A stretch of DNA of 55,060 nt from an uncultured bacterium (GCA_964451145.1 CAYVHK010000005.1:1-55060); one strand, 5' to 3'. Positions 1 to 12,995 are shown, counted from the first letter of the stretch. The notes: generated from the letters alone by a model not told the origin. Program-made: numbers and translations.

Positions 1-54
1 ACCTACGTATGCCGGACCCAAAACCCGGTGCCTTAACCACTTGGCGACCGCCCA
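1..54 (-). tRNA. tRNA-Gln (anticodon UUG), 5' portion only; the T-arm and 3' end lie beyond the left window edge
   Basis: Reverse complement of 1-54 reads TGGGCGGTCGCCAAGTGGTTAAGGCACCGGGTTTTGGGTCCGGCATACGTAGGT. This gives an acceptor 5' arm, a D-arm (GCCAAGTGGTTAAGGC), and an anticodon stem CCGGG/TCCGG with loop TTTTGGG (UUG in the anticodon position). It closely resembles E. coli tRNA-Gln as I remember it. It starts directly after the ispE stop codon. Confidence 0.85.
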
Positions 55-935
55 TTACGCAATTTCAAGACCGGTTGAAACCGTTTGAGTGTGGAACACC
101 GATTTACAATGCAGACCGTCAGTCGTCTGTTGCACATTCTCTATCTCTGCGACTAACGAAAACACAGTCGCCCCACTACCAGACATCAACGTTCCGTAGG
201 CACACTTCCGACGAAGCTCTTGTTTCAGTCGCATGACCGAAGGATGTTCCGTTAAAACAAATGTCTCTAGACGATTGAACAAGCCCGCTCCAAGTTCCCG
301 AAACAACCTCTGCTCAATGCAACGGGCAACGATTCTAACATCTTGTTTTTCAGATGTCAATGGCAACTTGAGGTTCTGAAACACGACTGGTGTTGAAATG
401 TGTATTCCTGGGTTAGCTAAGATAATCTGTAATTCAGGCAATGGTTTTAAAGGGGTTAATTGATCGCCAATTCCTTCCCCCAAAACGGTACCACCCCAAA
501 AAAAAAAGGTACATCCGCTCCCAACTGGCAACCAAATTGACTGAGTCCTTGAACCGTTAGCTTCAAGTCATAAAGTTGGTTAAGTGCAAAGAGTACCGCG
601 GCTGCGTTCGCACTTCCAGCACCAAGCCATCACGAAACCGGTATCCTCTTCTTAATCTCGATGTCTATAGCACCAATTTGGGGGTAGTGGGACTGAAGTA
701 AAGCAACAGCTTTCCAAGCTAAATTTGCCTGATCAGAAGGAACAATAGCAGAATTACAATTGATGATATGTTGTTTGGGTTGACGGTCGGTTTTCCGAAT
801 CACCAGCGTATCATGTAAGCCTATCGACTGAAAAATGGTTTCTATGTTATGATAGCCGTCCAAGCGTTTGCCTACAACCTCTAAAAAAAGATTGATTTTT
901 GCAAACGCTCGCAGACGAATATCTTCCGTAGACAT
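55..935 (-). pseudogene. ispE: 4-diphosphocytidyl-2-C-methyl-D-erythritol kinase (IspE), disrupted by an in-frame TGA and a 1-nt frameshift
   Basis: ORF 630-935 is the IspE N-terminal part (RAFAKINLFLEVVGKRLDGYHNIETIFQ...IKKRIPVS, then TGA at 630-632). ORF 55-531 is the C-terminal part (FFFWGGTVLGEG...LMSGSGATVFSL). Reading past the TGA in the same frame gives WLGAGSANAAAVLFALNQLYDL...QLGADVPFFF, which contains the GHMP-kinase Gly-rich motif and the GADVPFF motif. The frame then changes inside the A10 run at 498-507; 11 A would give PFFFWGGT. ATG at 935 lies 2 nt after the rpoC stop. TAA at 55-57. Confidence 0.85.
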
Positions 936-937
936 TT

Positions 938-3900
938 TTATAACCTTTCTTCAGAAACCCTGAATTGACTCAGAATATCGGGGCTTTGGTTGGTCGTAAT
1001 TTCATCATTTGCCCCATTTTGTTCTTCACCTTCGACATATGCTTCGATCAAGCGATGATCTGCGACACCAGTACCAGCTGGAATTAGATGCCCCATAATC
1101 ACATTTTCCTTTAATCCACTTAAAGGATCGCTCTTGCCCGCAACGGCCGCTTTGGTAAGTACACTTGTCGTTTGCTGAAATGAGGCTGCTGAGATGAAAC
1201 TATCCGTACTCAACGCGGCTTTGGTAATGCCTTGCAAAATCGGTTTAGCTTGAGCCAGAGCTAATGGGATGTCTTCAGGGTCCATTTGTTTATCGCTAAC
1301 CGAATCGTTCTGTGAATTTTTCACTCGCTCGTTAATGGCATCAAATCTTGCACGGCTGATTTCTTCTTCTTCCAACAATTCTGTGTCACCAGCATCTGTA
1401 ATCATCACCTTGTCCAGCATCTGACGAATGATCACTTCGATGTGCTTATCATTAATTTGTTCACCTTGGGAGCGATAGACAGCTTGTACTTCATCGATTA
1501 AGTAGGCTTGCACTTCTTCCAAACCTTTAGAATCCAAAATATCATGTGGATTAATGGAACCACCTGTCAATGGATCTCCAGTTTTAACTTCATCTCCTTC
1601 ATCGACCAAAAGATACTTGCCAACTGGAATACGAGCGGCCTTGCTCTCGACTCCAGTTTCAGAATTGATAATTTTCAGAATGTGCATTCCACGACTAATA
1701 CCTTGAATTTCAACAACACCATCAATTTCAGCCATGAATGCTGCATCCTTAGGTTTGCGAGCTTCAAAGAGTTCAGTGATACGAGGCAAACCACTAACAA
1801 TATCGCTACTCTTAGCAGCTTCTTTAGGTAAACGAGCTAAAATAGATCCTTCCGTTATTAAACTACCATCAATTACTGAAAGGTGAGCGCCGACCGGCAT
1901 TAAGTAACTGCTAAGAGTAACGCCATCTTCACTACGAATTTCTATGCGCGGTGGTGAATCTCCTTTGTACTCACTGATCACTCGTTCTGCTAAACCACTA
2001 GTTTTATCCTCACGAAAGGTTCTTCCTTCAACAATATTGTCAAAGGAGACATAGCCCGTCTGCTTTGTCAATATTGGAATTCGGTAAGGATCAAATTCGG
2101 AAAGTGGTTGCTTAACTTCAATGATAGATCCATCTTGGACAAACAACCGACTACCAACTGGCAAATTATGTCTCTCCAAAATCTCATCAGTTTCTAAATG
2201 ACGAATTTGTAACTCTGCATTTTGTTTGGAGACAACCACTCGCTCGCGATTTTGACCAGAAACTTCGGTCTTTTCGCTAACGCTAGCATTATCTGTTTCC
2301 ACAAGACGATCAATAAAATCGACACTATCGTAATGAGCTTTACCGGCATTACTAGCTGTTACTTTTGACTCGATGACATCGCCACTAGCAGTTCCACCGG
2401 TGTGGAAAGTTCGCATAGTCAATTGAGTACCAGGCTCACCAATGGATTGGGCCGCAATAATACCAACGGCTTCGCCTTGGTCAACTGGTTGCCCTGTCGA
2501 TAAATCAGCTCCGTAACACTTAGCACAAATGCCCCGCGCTGATTCACAACTTAACGCTGAACGAACCGCAATTTTTGTGTAACCTAGACGTTCAACTGTT
2601 TCAGCGACATGGCGGCTAATCGGTTGGTCTTGTGTTACAACAATTTCGTTGTTCTCATCTATAATGGTCGTCGAAATAATACGGTCAGTCTCCTGATCAA
2701 TAACACCGGAAAAAGTCCGACCGAAGATTTGGGCCGAAATTTTGATCTCAGCTTCTTCAGTTGCTGTTTTTATAATATAACCACTAGTGTAACAATCTTC
2801 TATTGTGATCATGACATCTTGAGCTACATCGACCAATTTCCGCGTCAAATAACCACTACTAGCTGTCTTAATGGCTGTATCAGCTAATCCTTTTCGAGCC
2901 CCATGAGTAGAAGTAAAATACTCCAGCACTGACAAGCCTTCTCTAAAACAAGATTCAATGGGGTGTTCGATAATTTCACCTGATGGTTTTGCCATTAACC
3001 CCCTCAGGCCACTAATTTGACGAAGAGAGGCCTTTTTACTTCTCGCACCAGAATCTGCCATAATATGAATAGGATTAAAACCTTCGATTTCATCTTGTCG
3101 CCCCTTCTCCAAACCAACAAAGAGAGCTTTTTCAATTTGGTCGATACGGTCTAACCAAACATTGATAATCTTGTTGTAGCGTTCACCAGGGCTAATTTCT
3201 CCTTGACTAAAGTCGTTTTCAATATCCTCAACCTCCTGCCAAGCTTTTTGAATCAAATTTTTCTTCTCTTCAGGCACAATCAGATCGTTAATACCAATTG
3301 AGATGCCGGACAACGTGGCATAGTGAAAACCTAGTTGTTTTGCTTGATGTAAAAAATCGACGGTACGACGATTACCCAGTTCTTCAAAACAACGGGAAAC
3401 CAAATTTGATAAATCGCCGGCATGCATTTCCTGATTCACAAATGGCACAGAAAAATTCGTCTCCATATCAACAAACATCAGTTCATTTGGTACAATTTGG
3501 TTGAAAATAACGCGCCCAACTGTAGTTCGTATTGGATTCCCATTGGTTTCCTCAAAATGCAGGTCAATAGGGTCATGCAGATGCAACTGATCATTACCAT
3601 GAGCCAAGAGCACCTCATCATGGTTTATAAAATGTTTTGGTTGACTTAGTTTTAATTTTGCTTCCGGTCGTTTCCAGTCGTATTCAGGGATACTTTTGGT
3701 TAGAAAACTGCATCCCAAAACAATATCTAATTCCGGTACTGCTATTGGATCCCCATGTGCTGGTTTCAATATGTTTCGGGTTGCCATCATCAATAGCTTC
3801 GCTTCAACCTGCGCTTCTGGACCAAGAGGTACATGAACAGCCATTTGATCTCCATCAAAATCAGCATTAAAAGCACTACAAACCAGAGGATGAATCCGAA

Positions 3901-5332
3901 TGGCCCGACCTTCTACCAATTGCGGCTCAAAAGCTTGGATTCCTAAACGATGAAGAGTTGGAGCCCGATTTAGCAAAACCGGATGGTCTTGAATGACTTC
4001 TTCCAGTACATCCCAAACTTCCGGTTCTATGTTTTCCGTCATGCTTTTCGCTTTTTTGATCGTTGGAGCATATCCACGGTCCTGCAACTTACGAATAATA
4101 AATGGCTTAAATAACTCAATTGCCATTTCCTTTGGCAAACCACATTGATGCAGTTCTAATTCCGGACCCACGACGATCACACTTCGACCAGAGTAGTCAA
4201 CTCGTTTACCTAACAGGTTTTGACGAAAACGACCGACTTTCCCCTTTAACATGTCGGATAAAGATTTGAGTGGTCGTGTTCCAGGCCCACGAACAGTCCG
4301 GCCGTGTTTACCATTGTCAAGTAAAGCATCAACAGCCTCTTGTAACATCCGCTTTTCATTACGAATAATTATTTCTGGGGCTTTCAGGTCCATTAATCGT
4401 TTAAGTCGATTATTGCGATTGATTACGCGGCGGTACAGATCGTTCAAATCACTAGTAGCAAACCGACCACCGTCTAAAGCTACTAATGGCCGGAGATCGG
4501 GAGGTACAACTGGAATAGCGGTCAAAATCAACCACTCTGGTCTATTTCCTGATTTAATAAAACCATTAGCCAATTGCAAGCGTTTAGTCAGTTTTTTAGC
4601 TTTTTGCTTGCTACCGGTTTCTTCCAACTCAACCTTTAGGTTTTTGGCTTCTTCCTCTAGATCTATGACAGCTAACAACTCTTGAATGGCTGAAGCTCCC
4701 ATATCAGCCCGCCAACCGGTTGGATAGAGACTTTTATATTTTCTATATTCGTCATCGGAAGAAATAATTTGCTTGACAGAAGGGGGTTCTGTGGTTTCGC
4801 CAGTTTCTTCATCTATAATAGGAACTAAATTATCATCTGATTCCAAAACAATGTACGATTCAAAATAAAGGATACGTTCTACTTCACGAAGAGTTAAGTC
4901 TAAAAATAAACCGATCCGAGATGGCAACCCCTTAAAAAACCAAACATGGGACACTGGAGCCGCCAAATCAATGTATCCCATACGTTCCCGTCTAACTTTT
5001 TGTTGAGTTACTTCAACACCACAACGGTCACAAATCGTACCACGATGTTTGATCCTTTTATATTTTCCACAATAACATTCCCAATCTTTTGTGGGGCCAA
5101 AAATAACTTCACAGAATAAACCATCTTTTTCCGGTCGGAAGGTTCGATAATTAATTGTTTCCGGTTTTTTAACTTCTCCACACGAACATTCAGGTACAAC
5201 GTCAGGTACAATACCACCCGTAATATGTCTACATGAAGTTCTTTTAGCCCAGGATTTAATCATTTCTGGAGAAGCGATACTGATAGAAATAGTATCAAAA
5301 TCGTTCAAATTAGAGGACTTAACTGTATTCAA
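938..5332 (-). CDS. rpoC: DNA-directed RNA polymerase subunit beta-prime
   Basis: Long ORF with the zinc motif [23 protein letters not shown], the catalytic [12 protein letters not shown], and the trigger-loop [16 protein letters not shown] followed by an SI3-like insertion. I place the start at TTG 5332 (..[22 protein letters not shown]) because GGAGGG (5341-5346, minus strand) sits 8 nt upstream. The ORF-track start at 5398 is the outer limit. Confidence 0.95.
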   Translation of the reverse strand: MNTVKSSNLNDFDTISISIASPEMIKSWAKRTSCRHITGGIVPDVVPECSCGEVKKPETINYRTFRPEKDGLFCEVIFGPTKDWECYCGKYKRIKHRGTICDRCGVEVTQQKVRRERMGYIDLAAPVSHVWFFKGLPSRIGLFLDLTLREVERILYFESYIVLESDDNLVPIIDEETGETTEPPSVKQIISSDDEYRKYKSLYPTGWRADMGASAIQELLAVIDLEEEAKNLKVELEETGSKQKAKKLTKRLQLANGFIKSGNRPEWLILTAIPVVPPDLRPLVALDGGRFATSDLNDLYRRVINRNNRLKRLMDLKAPEIIIRNEKRMLQEAVDALLDNGKHGRTVRGPGTRPLKSLSDMLKGKVGRFRQNLLGKRVDYSGRSVIVVGPELELHQCGLPKEMAIELFKPFIIRKLQDRGYAPTIKKAKSMTENIEPEVWDVLEEVIQDHPVLLNRAPTLHRLGIQAFEPQLVEGRAIRIHPLVCSAFNADFDGDQMAVHVPLGPEAQVEAKLLMMATRNILKPAHGDPIAVPELDIVLGCSFLTKSIPEYDWKRPEAKLKLSQPKHFINHDEVLLAHGNDQLHLHDPIDLHFEETNGNPIRTTVGRVIFNQIVPNELMFVDMETNFSVPFVNQEMHAGDLSNLVSRCFEELGNRRTVDFLHQAKQLGFHYATLSGISIGINDLIVPEEKKNLIQKAWQEVEDIENDFSQGEISPGERYNKIINVWLDRIDQIEKALFVGLEKGRQDEIEGFNPIHIMADSGARSKKASLRQISGLRGLMAKPSGEIIEHPIESCFREGLSVLEYFTSTHGARKGLADTAIKTASSGYLTRKLVDVAQDVMITIEDCYTSGYIIKTATEEAEIKISAQIFGRTFSGVIDQETDRIISTTIIDENNEIVVTQDQPISRHVAETVERLGYTKIAVRSALSCESARGICAKCYGADLSTGQPVDQGEAVGIIAAQSIGEPGTQLTMRTFHTGGTASGDVIESKVTASNAGKAHYDSVDFIDRLVETDNASVSEKTEVSGQNRERVVVSKQNAELQIRHLETDEILERHNLPVGSRLFVQDGSIIEVKQPLSEFDPYRIPILTKQTGYVSFDNIVEGRTFREDKTSGLAERVISEYKGDSPPRIEIRSEDGVTLSSYLMPVGAHLSVIDGSLITEGSILARLPKEAAKSSDIVSGLPRITELFEARKPKDAAFMAEIDGVVEIQGISRGMHILKIINSETGVESKAARIPVGKYLLVDEGDEVKTGDPLTGGSINPHDILDSKGLEEVQAYLIDEVQAVYRSQGEQINDKHIEVIIRQMLDKVMITDAGDTELLEEEEISRARFDAINERVKNSQNDSVSDKQMDPEDIPLALAQAKPILQGITKAALSTDSFISAASFQQTTSVLTKAAVAGKSDPLSGLKENVIMGHLIPAGTGVADHRLIEAYVEGEEQNGANDEITTNQSPDILSQFRVSEERL

Positions 5333-5369
5333 CTTGCTATCCCTCCGGAAGTTGGTTATATGTACGTCG

Positions 5370-5397
5370 TGCGGTTTACACGAGTGCCCAAACCGCA
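5370..5397 (-). other. Perfect 8-bp stem-loop in the rpoB-rpoC spacer (possible processing or attenuation structure)
   Basis: TGCGGTTT (5370-5377) pairs perfectly with AAACCGCA (5390-5397) around a 12-nt loop. A second, weaker stem lies at about 5418-5447. Neither is followed by a U-run, so these are not classical terminators. Confidence 0.3.
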
Positions 5398-5490
5398 ACC
5401 AGAACGAGCTGAAGTAGGTCGTTTATTTACTGAACAAAATGAACGACTCACCTCAACTTGGCTTATAGATATTGACTTAACTATAAAAAA

Positions 5491-8400
5491 TTAGCCTGAT
5501 AGATCAGTAGTGATTTGTGGTTGTTTTTGGTCTAAGGAAACATCTAGTCCCAAACTTTGAAGTTCCTTAACCAGAACGTTAAACGATTCCGGCGTACCTG
5601 GTGGTGGTGCATTTTGTCCTTTCACAATGGTTTCATACATTTTACTTCGACCATTAACATCATCAGATTTGACAGTTAAAAGTTCTTGCAATGTATAGGC
5701 TGCACCGTAAGCTTCCAAAGCCCACACCTCCATTTCACCAAGTCGCTGCCCACCTTGTTGGGCTTTTCCACCCAATGGTTGTTGAGTCACCAACGAGTAC
5801 GGTCCAGTACTACGAGCATGCAACTTATCATCAACCAGATGGTTTAGTTTTAGCATGTAAGCGTAGCCGACAGTTGCCTGCTGGTGGAAAGACTCGCCGG
5901 TTCGACCATCGTAGAGCGTAGTCTTTCCGGTTTCCGGCAACTTGGCCTTTCTCAAATATTCCTGAATATCTTTTTCCGTAGCTCCATCAAAAACAGGAGT
6001 TGCAACTTTCAGCCCTAGTTTGCCGGCAGCCCAACCAAGGTGGGTTTCTAAAATCTGTCCAACGTTCATCCTAGAGGGTACTCCTAATGGATTTAGTGCA
6101 ATATCGATCGGTGTTCCATCAGCCAAGTAGGGCATGTCTTCGGCCGGTAAAATTTTGGAAATAACCCCTTTATTACCATGCCGACCAGCCATTTTATCTC
6201 CAACTGAAATTTTTCGCTGAGTGGCAACATAGACTTTAACCAGCTTGATGACACCTGGTTTTAGCTCATCACCTTTTTGGATTTTGTTGATTCGTTCGTC
6301 ACGTTCCGTAATATGAGCATTGACACGAACTTGTGCTAACTGACGGATCTGCTGAACCTGATCCATTGCCTGTTGGTCCTCGACAAAAATTTGATCTAAG
6401 GTTTGTTTTTGTGCGAGTAATAGGTCATGGGACAGTTTTTCTCCGGATTTTGCTATAATCTCATCACCGTTACGTAAATTGCTAACTAGAATTTGTCCAC
6501 TCAAAATGTCAACGATTTCCTCATTTTTCCGCAGGTTAATCAGTTGGCATTTGCGCGAGCAATCCTGCTGGGCTTCCTTGATCTTAGAACTTTCACGAAG
6601 CTCTGTTTGCCGATCTTTTTCTTTTTCCTTTCGAGAAAAAACCTTAACGTCGATCACAGTTCCTTCGACACCAGGTTTTGCATAAGAAGAGGCATCTTTG
6701 ACCTCACCCACTTTTTCACCGAAAATTGCCCGTAAAAGCTTCTCTTCTGGCCCTAAATCACTTTCACCTTTTGGCGTAACTTTTCCGACCAAAATAGTGC
6801 CAGGCTCGACTATCGATCCTACTCGAATAATACCTTCATCATCTAACTGACTTAGTGCTTCCTCAGATACATTTGGAATATCCCGAGTAATTTCCTCCTT
6901 TCCCATTTTAGTCTCACGAGCTTCTACCTCAAATTCATTAATGTGAATAGAAGTGTACACATCATCCTGAACTAACCTCTCACTAATTAAAATTGCATCC
7001 TCAAAATTGTATCCCTCCCAAGGTAAAAATGCTACTAAAGCATTATTACCCAACGCCAACTCACCACCTTCTGTAGAAGTACCATCGGCGATTACCTGCC
7101 CGGCGTCGATATGTTCTCCTGCAGAAACAAGCGGTTTTTGATGGATACACGTGTCATTGTTTGACCTTTTGAAATTCTGTAATCGGTAAATATCATATCC
7201 CATTTCGGAAGAGGACTGCTCCCCACCTTCAACACGGCTTGTATCATCAGTTCGGACGATAATTTCGGCGGCTGAAACACGATCAACAACGCCGTCATTT
7301 TTTGCCAATACTACAGCACTTGAGTCGCGAGCGGCTTTAGCTTCCATTCCCGTCCCAACATAGGGAGCCTTCGGTCTGATCAGTGGAACTGACTGTCGTT
7401 GCATGTTACTACCCATTAAGGCTCGATTCGCGTCGTCATGTTCCAAAAACGGAATCAGTGCGGCAGAAACACCCACGATTTGCTTTGGTGAAACATCAAT
7501 GTAATGGACCTCGCTAGGTATTACACGGGTAAAATCACCTCGTTGTCGGGTCATCAAAGTTTCGCCTTTACCATCTGGTAGTAGGTTGCTTTTTTCATCA
7601 ATTAGGCTGTTTGCCTGAGCGATGGTATACCGATCTTCCTCTTCTGCTGTCAGATAGCTGATTTGATCAGTCACTTTACCATTCACTACTTTTCGATAAG
7701 GCGTCTCTAAAAAACCGTAGTCGTTAATACGAGCGAATGTACCTAATGAAACGATTAAACCAACCGATGGTCCTTCTGGGGTTTCGATTGGACAAATCCG
7801 GCCGTAGTGGGTTCGATGTACGTCCCGAACTTCATAAGTCGCCCGTTCTCGATGTAACCCACCGGGCCCAAGAGCACTCAAACGACGTTTGTGAGTCAAT
7901 TCATCCAATGGGTTAATTTGTTGCATGAATTGAGATAATTGGCTGGAACCGAAGAAGTCCTTTAAAGAAGCTGAGAGCGGTTTAGGGTTAACCAAGTCCA
8001 AAGGGGTCATAGTTTCCCCTTCTTTACTCTGCCTAATCGTAATCTTTTCGCGTGTGGCACGTGCAACACGAAGCATACCAACACGAACCTGATTCATTAA
8101 CAACTCTCCAACTGCTCGAACACGACGATTACCCAAATGATCAATATCGTCTAAGGAAGCAATGCTATTTTGAACATCTAACAGGTGCTTTAAAGTAGCT
8201 GTAATATCTTCTTTTCTAAGATAAGGTTCATGTGGCAATGCTTCCCTTGCCAACTGCTGGATTTTTGCGGTGATTTTCTGTCCAGCCAGTGCAAAAACCT
8301 CGCCATTACTGTCGCTCAGGTCCGCTTCTAGTAATTCACCAACGCGGCCTACTGCTGAATAATAAGAGTCAATATGCCTAAATTTTTGGTTCAGCTTGTA

Positions 8401-9462
8401 ACGGCCAACGTCAGCCAAATCATAACGAAGTGGATCAAAAAACAATTTTTCAAATCGATTTTTAGCGCTTTCTAACGTTGGTGGGTCACCCGGTTGAATT
8501 TTTCGGAATATTTCAACTAAAGCTTGATCTTTTATGTTACCTTCAGTATAAGGTGCGGATTGCCGATCCTTTTCGATCGTATTCCGAAGAAAACGAGTCG
8601 CCTCAGCATCATATGGGGTTAAGACTTCAACCGAAGTAATATCCGATTGTTCTAAGACTTCCACATCAGCCTCTGAGAACTCAGTACAAGAATCGTACAA
8701 AATCTCGCCGGTCTCATGATCCACCATAGAACCAATCGCAATTCGACCAACCAAATCGGCTCCAACTAGTACCTCTTCTGTATCCCCTGAGTATAACCGC
8801 ATAATTTCTTCGTCTGTTTCCCAACCCAGAGCTCTTAGGAGGACAGTCGCAAACATTTTTTTCTTACGGTCTAGTCGAACGTAAATCAGATCTTTGATGT
8901 CAAACTCAAACTCAATCCAAGCGCCACGATAAGGAATAATGGCCGCTTTCAATAGTTTATGCCCACCACTATGTGTATCCTCTTTGAATGTAGCACTTGG
9001 TGATCGGTGCAGTTGGTTAACAATTACCCGTTCACTACCATTAATGATAAAAGTCCCCTGTTCAGTCATCAGGGGAATTTCACCCATGTAGACCTCAGAT
9101 TCTAGGATTTCACTTGGTCCCTGTTCTTCCTTATCTTGATGTCGTAATTGAAATGTGATTTTTAATGGAACTGCATAGCTAAAACCACGAGCTTGACACT
9201 CTTGGATATCGTACTTGGGCTCACCAAGTGTATAGTTAACAAAATCCAGACTGGAAGCCTCGGCGAAGTCAGTGATCGGGAAAACTTCTCTTAGAACTGA
9301 TTGCAGACCAGTATTTTTGCGTTCATCTGGTGGCACGTCTCTTTGCAGGAAATCTCTATAGGATTTTCTTTGGATTTCGATCAGATCAGGCAAGTCTTCA
9401 ACTTCTCGAATCTTAGCAAACGATATTCTGTCTTGTGTGCTAAGGCTCACCGGGTTGGGCAT
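5491..9462 (-). CDS. rpoB: DNA-directed RNA polymerase subunit beta
   Basis: Long ORF with beta-subunit signatures ([60 protein letters not shown]). Start chosen at ATG 9462 (MPNPVSLST...), preceded by the Shine-Dalgarno AAGGGAGA. The ORF-track start at 9510 has no RBS. Confidence 0.95.
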   Translation of the reverse strand: MPNPVSLSTQDRISFAKIREVEDLPDLIEIQRKSYRDFLQRDVPPDERKNTGLQSVLREVFPITDFAEASSLDFVNYTLGEPKYDIQECQARGFSYAVPLKITFQLRHQDKEEQGPSEILESEVYMGEIPLMTEQGTFIINGSERVIVNQLHRSPSATFKEDTHSGGHKLLKAAIIPYRGAWIEFEFDIKDLIYVRLDRKKKMFATVLLRALGWETDEEIMRLYSGDTEEVLVGADLVGRIAIGSMVDHETGEILYDSCTEFSEADVEVLEQSDITSVEVLTPYDAEATRFLRNTIEKDRQSAPYTEGNIKDQALVEIFRKIQPGDPPTLESAKNRFEKLFFDPLRYDLADVGRYKLNQKFRHIDSYYSAVGRVGELLEADLSDSNGEVFALAGQKITAKIQQLAREALPHEPYLRKEDITATLKHLLDVQNSIASLDDIDHLGNRRVRAVGELLMNQVRVGMLRVARATREKITIRQSKEGETMTPLDLVNPKPLSASLKDFFGSSQLSQFMQQINPLDELTHKRRLSALGPGGLHRERATYEVRDVHRTHYGRICPIETPEGPSVGLIVSLGTFARINDYGFLETPYRKVVNGKVTDQISYLTAEEEDRYTIAQANSLIDEKSNLLPDGKGETLMTRQRGDFTRVIPSEVHYIDVSPKQIVGVSAALIPFLEHDDANRALMGSNMQRQSVPLIRPKAPYVGTGMEAKAARDSSAVVLAKNDGVVDRVSAAEIIVRTDDTSRVEGGEQSSSEMGYDIYRLQNFKRSNNDTCIHQKPLVSAGEHIDAGQVIADGTSTEGGELALGNNALVAFLPWEGYNFEDAILISERLVQDDVYTSIHINEFEVEARETKMGKEEITRDIPNVSEEALSQLDDEGIIRVGSIVEPGTILVGKVTPKGESDLGPEEKLLRAIFGEKVGEVKDASSYAKPGVEGTVIDVKVFSRKEKEKDRQTELRESSKIKEAQQDCSRKCQLINLRKNEEIVDILSGQILVSNLRNGDEIIAKSGEKLSHDLLLAQKQTLDQIFVEDQQAMDQVQQIRQLAQVRVNAHITERDERINKIQKGDELKPGVIKLVKVYVATQRKISVGDKMAGRHGNKGVISKILPAEDMPYLADGTPIDIALNPLGVPSRMNVGQILETHLGWAAGKLGLKVATPVFDGATEKDIQEYLRKAKLPETGKTTLYDGRTGESFHQQATVGYAYMLKLNHLVDDKLHARSTGPYSLVTQQPLGGKAQQGGQRLGEMEVWALEAYGAAYTLQELLTVKSDDVNGRSKMYETIVKGQNAPPPGTPESFNVLVKELQSLGLDVSLDQKQPQITTDLSG

Positions 9463-9523
9463 ACTATCTCCCTTTTTACGCATGGTTTTTAGTTGTAATG
9501 GAATAGACAAAGCGAAACAGCCA

Positions 9524-9552
9524 ATTATACCTTTAGCCTTGACTCATGTCAA
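9524..9552 (-). promoter_or_regulatory. Consensus sigma70-type promoter for rpoBC
   Basis: The minus strand reads TTGACA (9552-9547), a 17-nt spacer (tgagtcaaggctaaagg), then TATAAT (9529-9524). It lies about 60 nt upstream of the rpoB ATG. The -35 element sits inside the palindrome CTTGAC-tcat-GTCAAG. Confidence 0.7.
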
Positions 9553-9700
9553 GACCATTCTTGAATCAAACGTTCTTTCTATTTTTTCGGCTCTTGTTAT
9601 AATTAGTTTTCTTTAGAAAAGAAGATTCGACGAATAGAATAAGTAAAAGGCGAATTAAGGAACACATACATGCCAATCTTTTGGTTCACGTATTATCTAA

Positions 9701-10950
9701 TTAACTAATACACCTTACTCTGATCTAGCCGACTATGTTAGGTTGGAAGAACCTAATTTTAAATGGGAAAAATTGACCATAATCAACGTAATGACACCCA
9801 AATTTATAAACTACACTTACAATCTCAAAACTGGAAAAATATCCAATGGAAATACAATTTGCAGGTGTTTGTACCCAGAACTGTTCTATATCCAGATACA
9901 ATGTTGCTCCTCATTTCAGGTGGATCAACAGGTGGTCAGCCTTCTGAGAACGACAATGAGATAGGGATCAAATTAGTTCAGATGGCGAGTTCTCCTTTTG
10001 CCATTTTGCATCAAGTGCCTAACCAGCTACTCTATGACGGACGGAAAGAGGATGATTTAATTGCCCATGCTTTTGAGAGATATTTGGAGACGAAAGACAG
10101 CAGTTCGTTATTGCTTTTTCCAATGGTCAAGAGCGTTATTCAAGCTATAACAGCACTGATAGAATTCACCGAGAAAGAATGGCGCCGGCCAATTGAAAAA
10201 TTTGTGATTACTAAGGCTTCTAAGCGTGATGGAACTAACTGGTTGGCGACGGCAGTTGCCCCCGGCATCAAAGCAACTATTCCTATGGTAATTGACGTTC
10301 TCAATATGCGAAATCAGATGGAATACCAGAAAACAACTTGGGGAAAATACAGCGAACAAATCAACGATTGTATCGTACGAGGCTTACAAGAAATCATGGA
10401 AACGGAAGAAGGTGAATCATTATTAGCACTAATTGACCCATATAGTTACCATTCATTGTTAACTATGCCAAAATTATCAGTGATTGGTACTAATGATCCG
10501 TATTGGTTTTTAGATGCTTTGAATATCTACTGGAATAATTTCCTCGGCCCAATCACGTGCTTTATGTACCTAATTCTGGGCACGGTTTGGACGATCAGGA
10601 ACAAACTACCTATGACGGGACAGGATTTTATCGTTATATTGCTTCAGGCAAGCCATTACCTAAATTAGAATGGACACATACACAAAAGGATAATAAACTT
10701 CAAGTCGAATTTAACGTCGATAAAAAACCAGTCGAATTTCGTTTATGGTTGGCAACTTCGAGCAAACGTGATTTTAGAACAGCGAATTGGCTATCTGTGC
10801 CAGCAGAAGAAAAAAGTGAATTTATTGGTCAGGTAGAAATCCATCAAAACCAATACGCGGCACTATTTGGAGAATTTGTTTTCATAATCCATGGACATCC
10901 ATGCCCATTTTCAACACAAATCAATATAGGAAAGATACAAGGGCCGCAAC
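9701..10950 (+). pseudogene. PhoPQ-activated pathogenicity-related (PqaA-type) family protein, decayed: at least two frameshifts and no start codon or signal peptide
   Basis: One homologue is spread over three frames. Frame A, 9701 to about 9790: TPYSDLADYVRLEEPNFKWEKL. Frame B (ORF 9763-10668): YKLHLQSQNW..DTMLLLISGG..VPNQLLYDGRKEDDLIAHAF..PMVKSVIQAI..KASKRDGTNWLATAV..IPMVIDVLNM..DPYSYHSLL..IGTNDPYW..NIYWNNFLG. Frame C, from 10548: PNHVLYVPNSGHGL..RLWLATSSKRDFRTANW. TAA at 9698-9700 closes frame A upstream. The family assignment is from remembered motifs. The 3' end is uncertain. Confidence 0.7.
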
Positions 10951-10952
10951 AG

Positions 10953-10997
10953 AAAAGAGCCGATTTTGACCACATCACGGTCAAAATCGGCTCTTTT
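10953..10997. terminator. Bidirectional rho-independent terminator downstream of groEL
   Basis: Perfect 19-bp inverted repeat AAAAGAGCCGATTTTGACC / GGTCAAAATCGGCTCTTTT with a 7-nt loop (acatcac). A T4 run follows the GC-containing stem on both strands. It lies 34 nt past the groEL stop. Confidence 0.8.
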
Positions 10998-11030
10998 GAA
11001 GCTCTGCTTATATGTTTAGATCGGGCGGGC

Positions 11031-12668
<1,638 letters not shown>

Positions 12669-12701
12669 TTATTTAATTCTCCTTATTTTTCAAGGCTTTA
12701 G

Positions 12702-12995
12702 TTACGAGCTAATTTTGGCAAGAATGTCGTCTTCGCGTAAGATCAGGTACTCTTCACCTTCGTATTCTACTTCCGTCCCAGCAAATTTGCCGAACAGTAC
12801 TTTGTCGCCAGCTGCAACATTAAGTTCTTGACGAGTTCCGTCATCCAGCAAACGTCCGTCTCCAACGGATACGACCTCGCCTTCTTGAGGTTTTTCTTTA
12901 GCAGTATCGGGAATAATAATCCCGCCACTGGTTGTCTGTTCGTCTTCGTTAGGTCGCTTGACCAAAACACGATCACCAAGTGGTGTTAATGCCAT
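12702..12995 (-). CDS. groES: Co-chaperonin GroES (10 kDa)
   Basis: 97-aa ORF: [12 protein letters not shown]...[24 protein letters not shown]. Strong RBS GAAGGAGAAA upstream. Confidence 0.95.
   Translation of the reverse strand: MALTPLGDRVLVKRPNEDEQTTSGGIIIPDTAKEKPQEGEVVSVGDGRLLDDGTRQELNVAAGDKVLFGKFAGTEVEYEGEEYLILREDDILAKISS

Noticed and set aside
630-632. The in-frame TGA in ispE as evidence for a reassigned genetic code (UGA = Gly or Trp, as in some candidate phyla or mollicutes)
   Set aside because: TGA clearly terminates other genes here: ftsQ ends TGA TGA at 23021-23026, and the propeller lipoprotein ends TGA at 25807-25809. The very long ORFs (rpoC, rpoB, smc, HEAT protein, glyQS) contain no internal TGA. 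The same gene also has a frameshift, so local gene damage or sequencing error is the simpler reading.
1508-4685. Plus-strand ORFs of 68-144 aa inside rpoC (e.g. 1508-1831, 2609-2887, 4251-4685), and similar antisense ORFs inside rpoB, groEL, smc, the HEAT gene, glyQS and others
   Set aside because: All lie entirely antisense to, or out of frame within, strongly supported long genes. They have low-complexity or odd compositions and no RBS or recognisable motifs. They are typical shadow ORFs.
9331-9347. TGGCAC-gtctc-TTTGCA, a sigma54 promoter look-alike on the plus strand
   Set aside because: The GG-to-GC spacing is one nucleotide too long. It also lies inside, and antisense to, the rpoB coding sequence with no downstream gene to serve.
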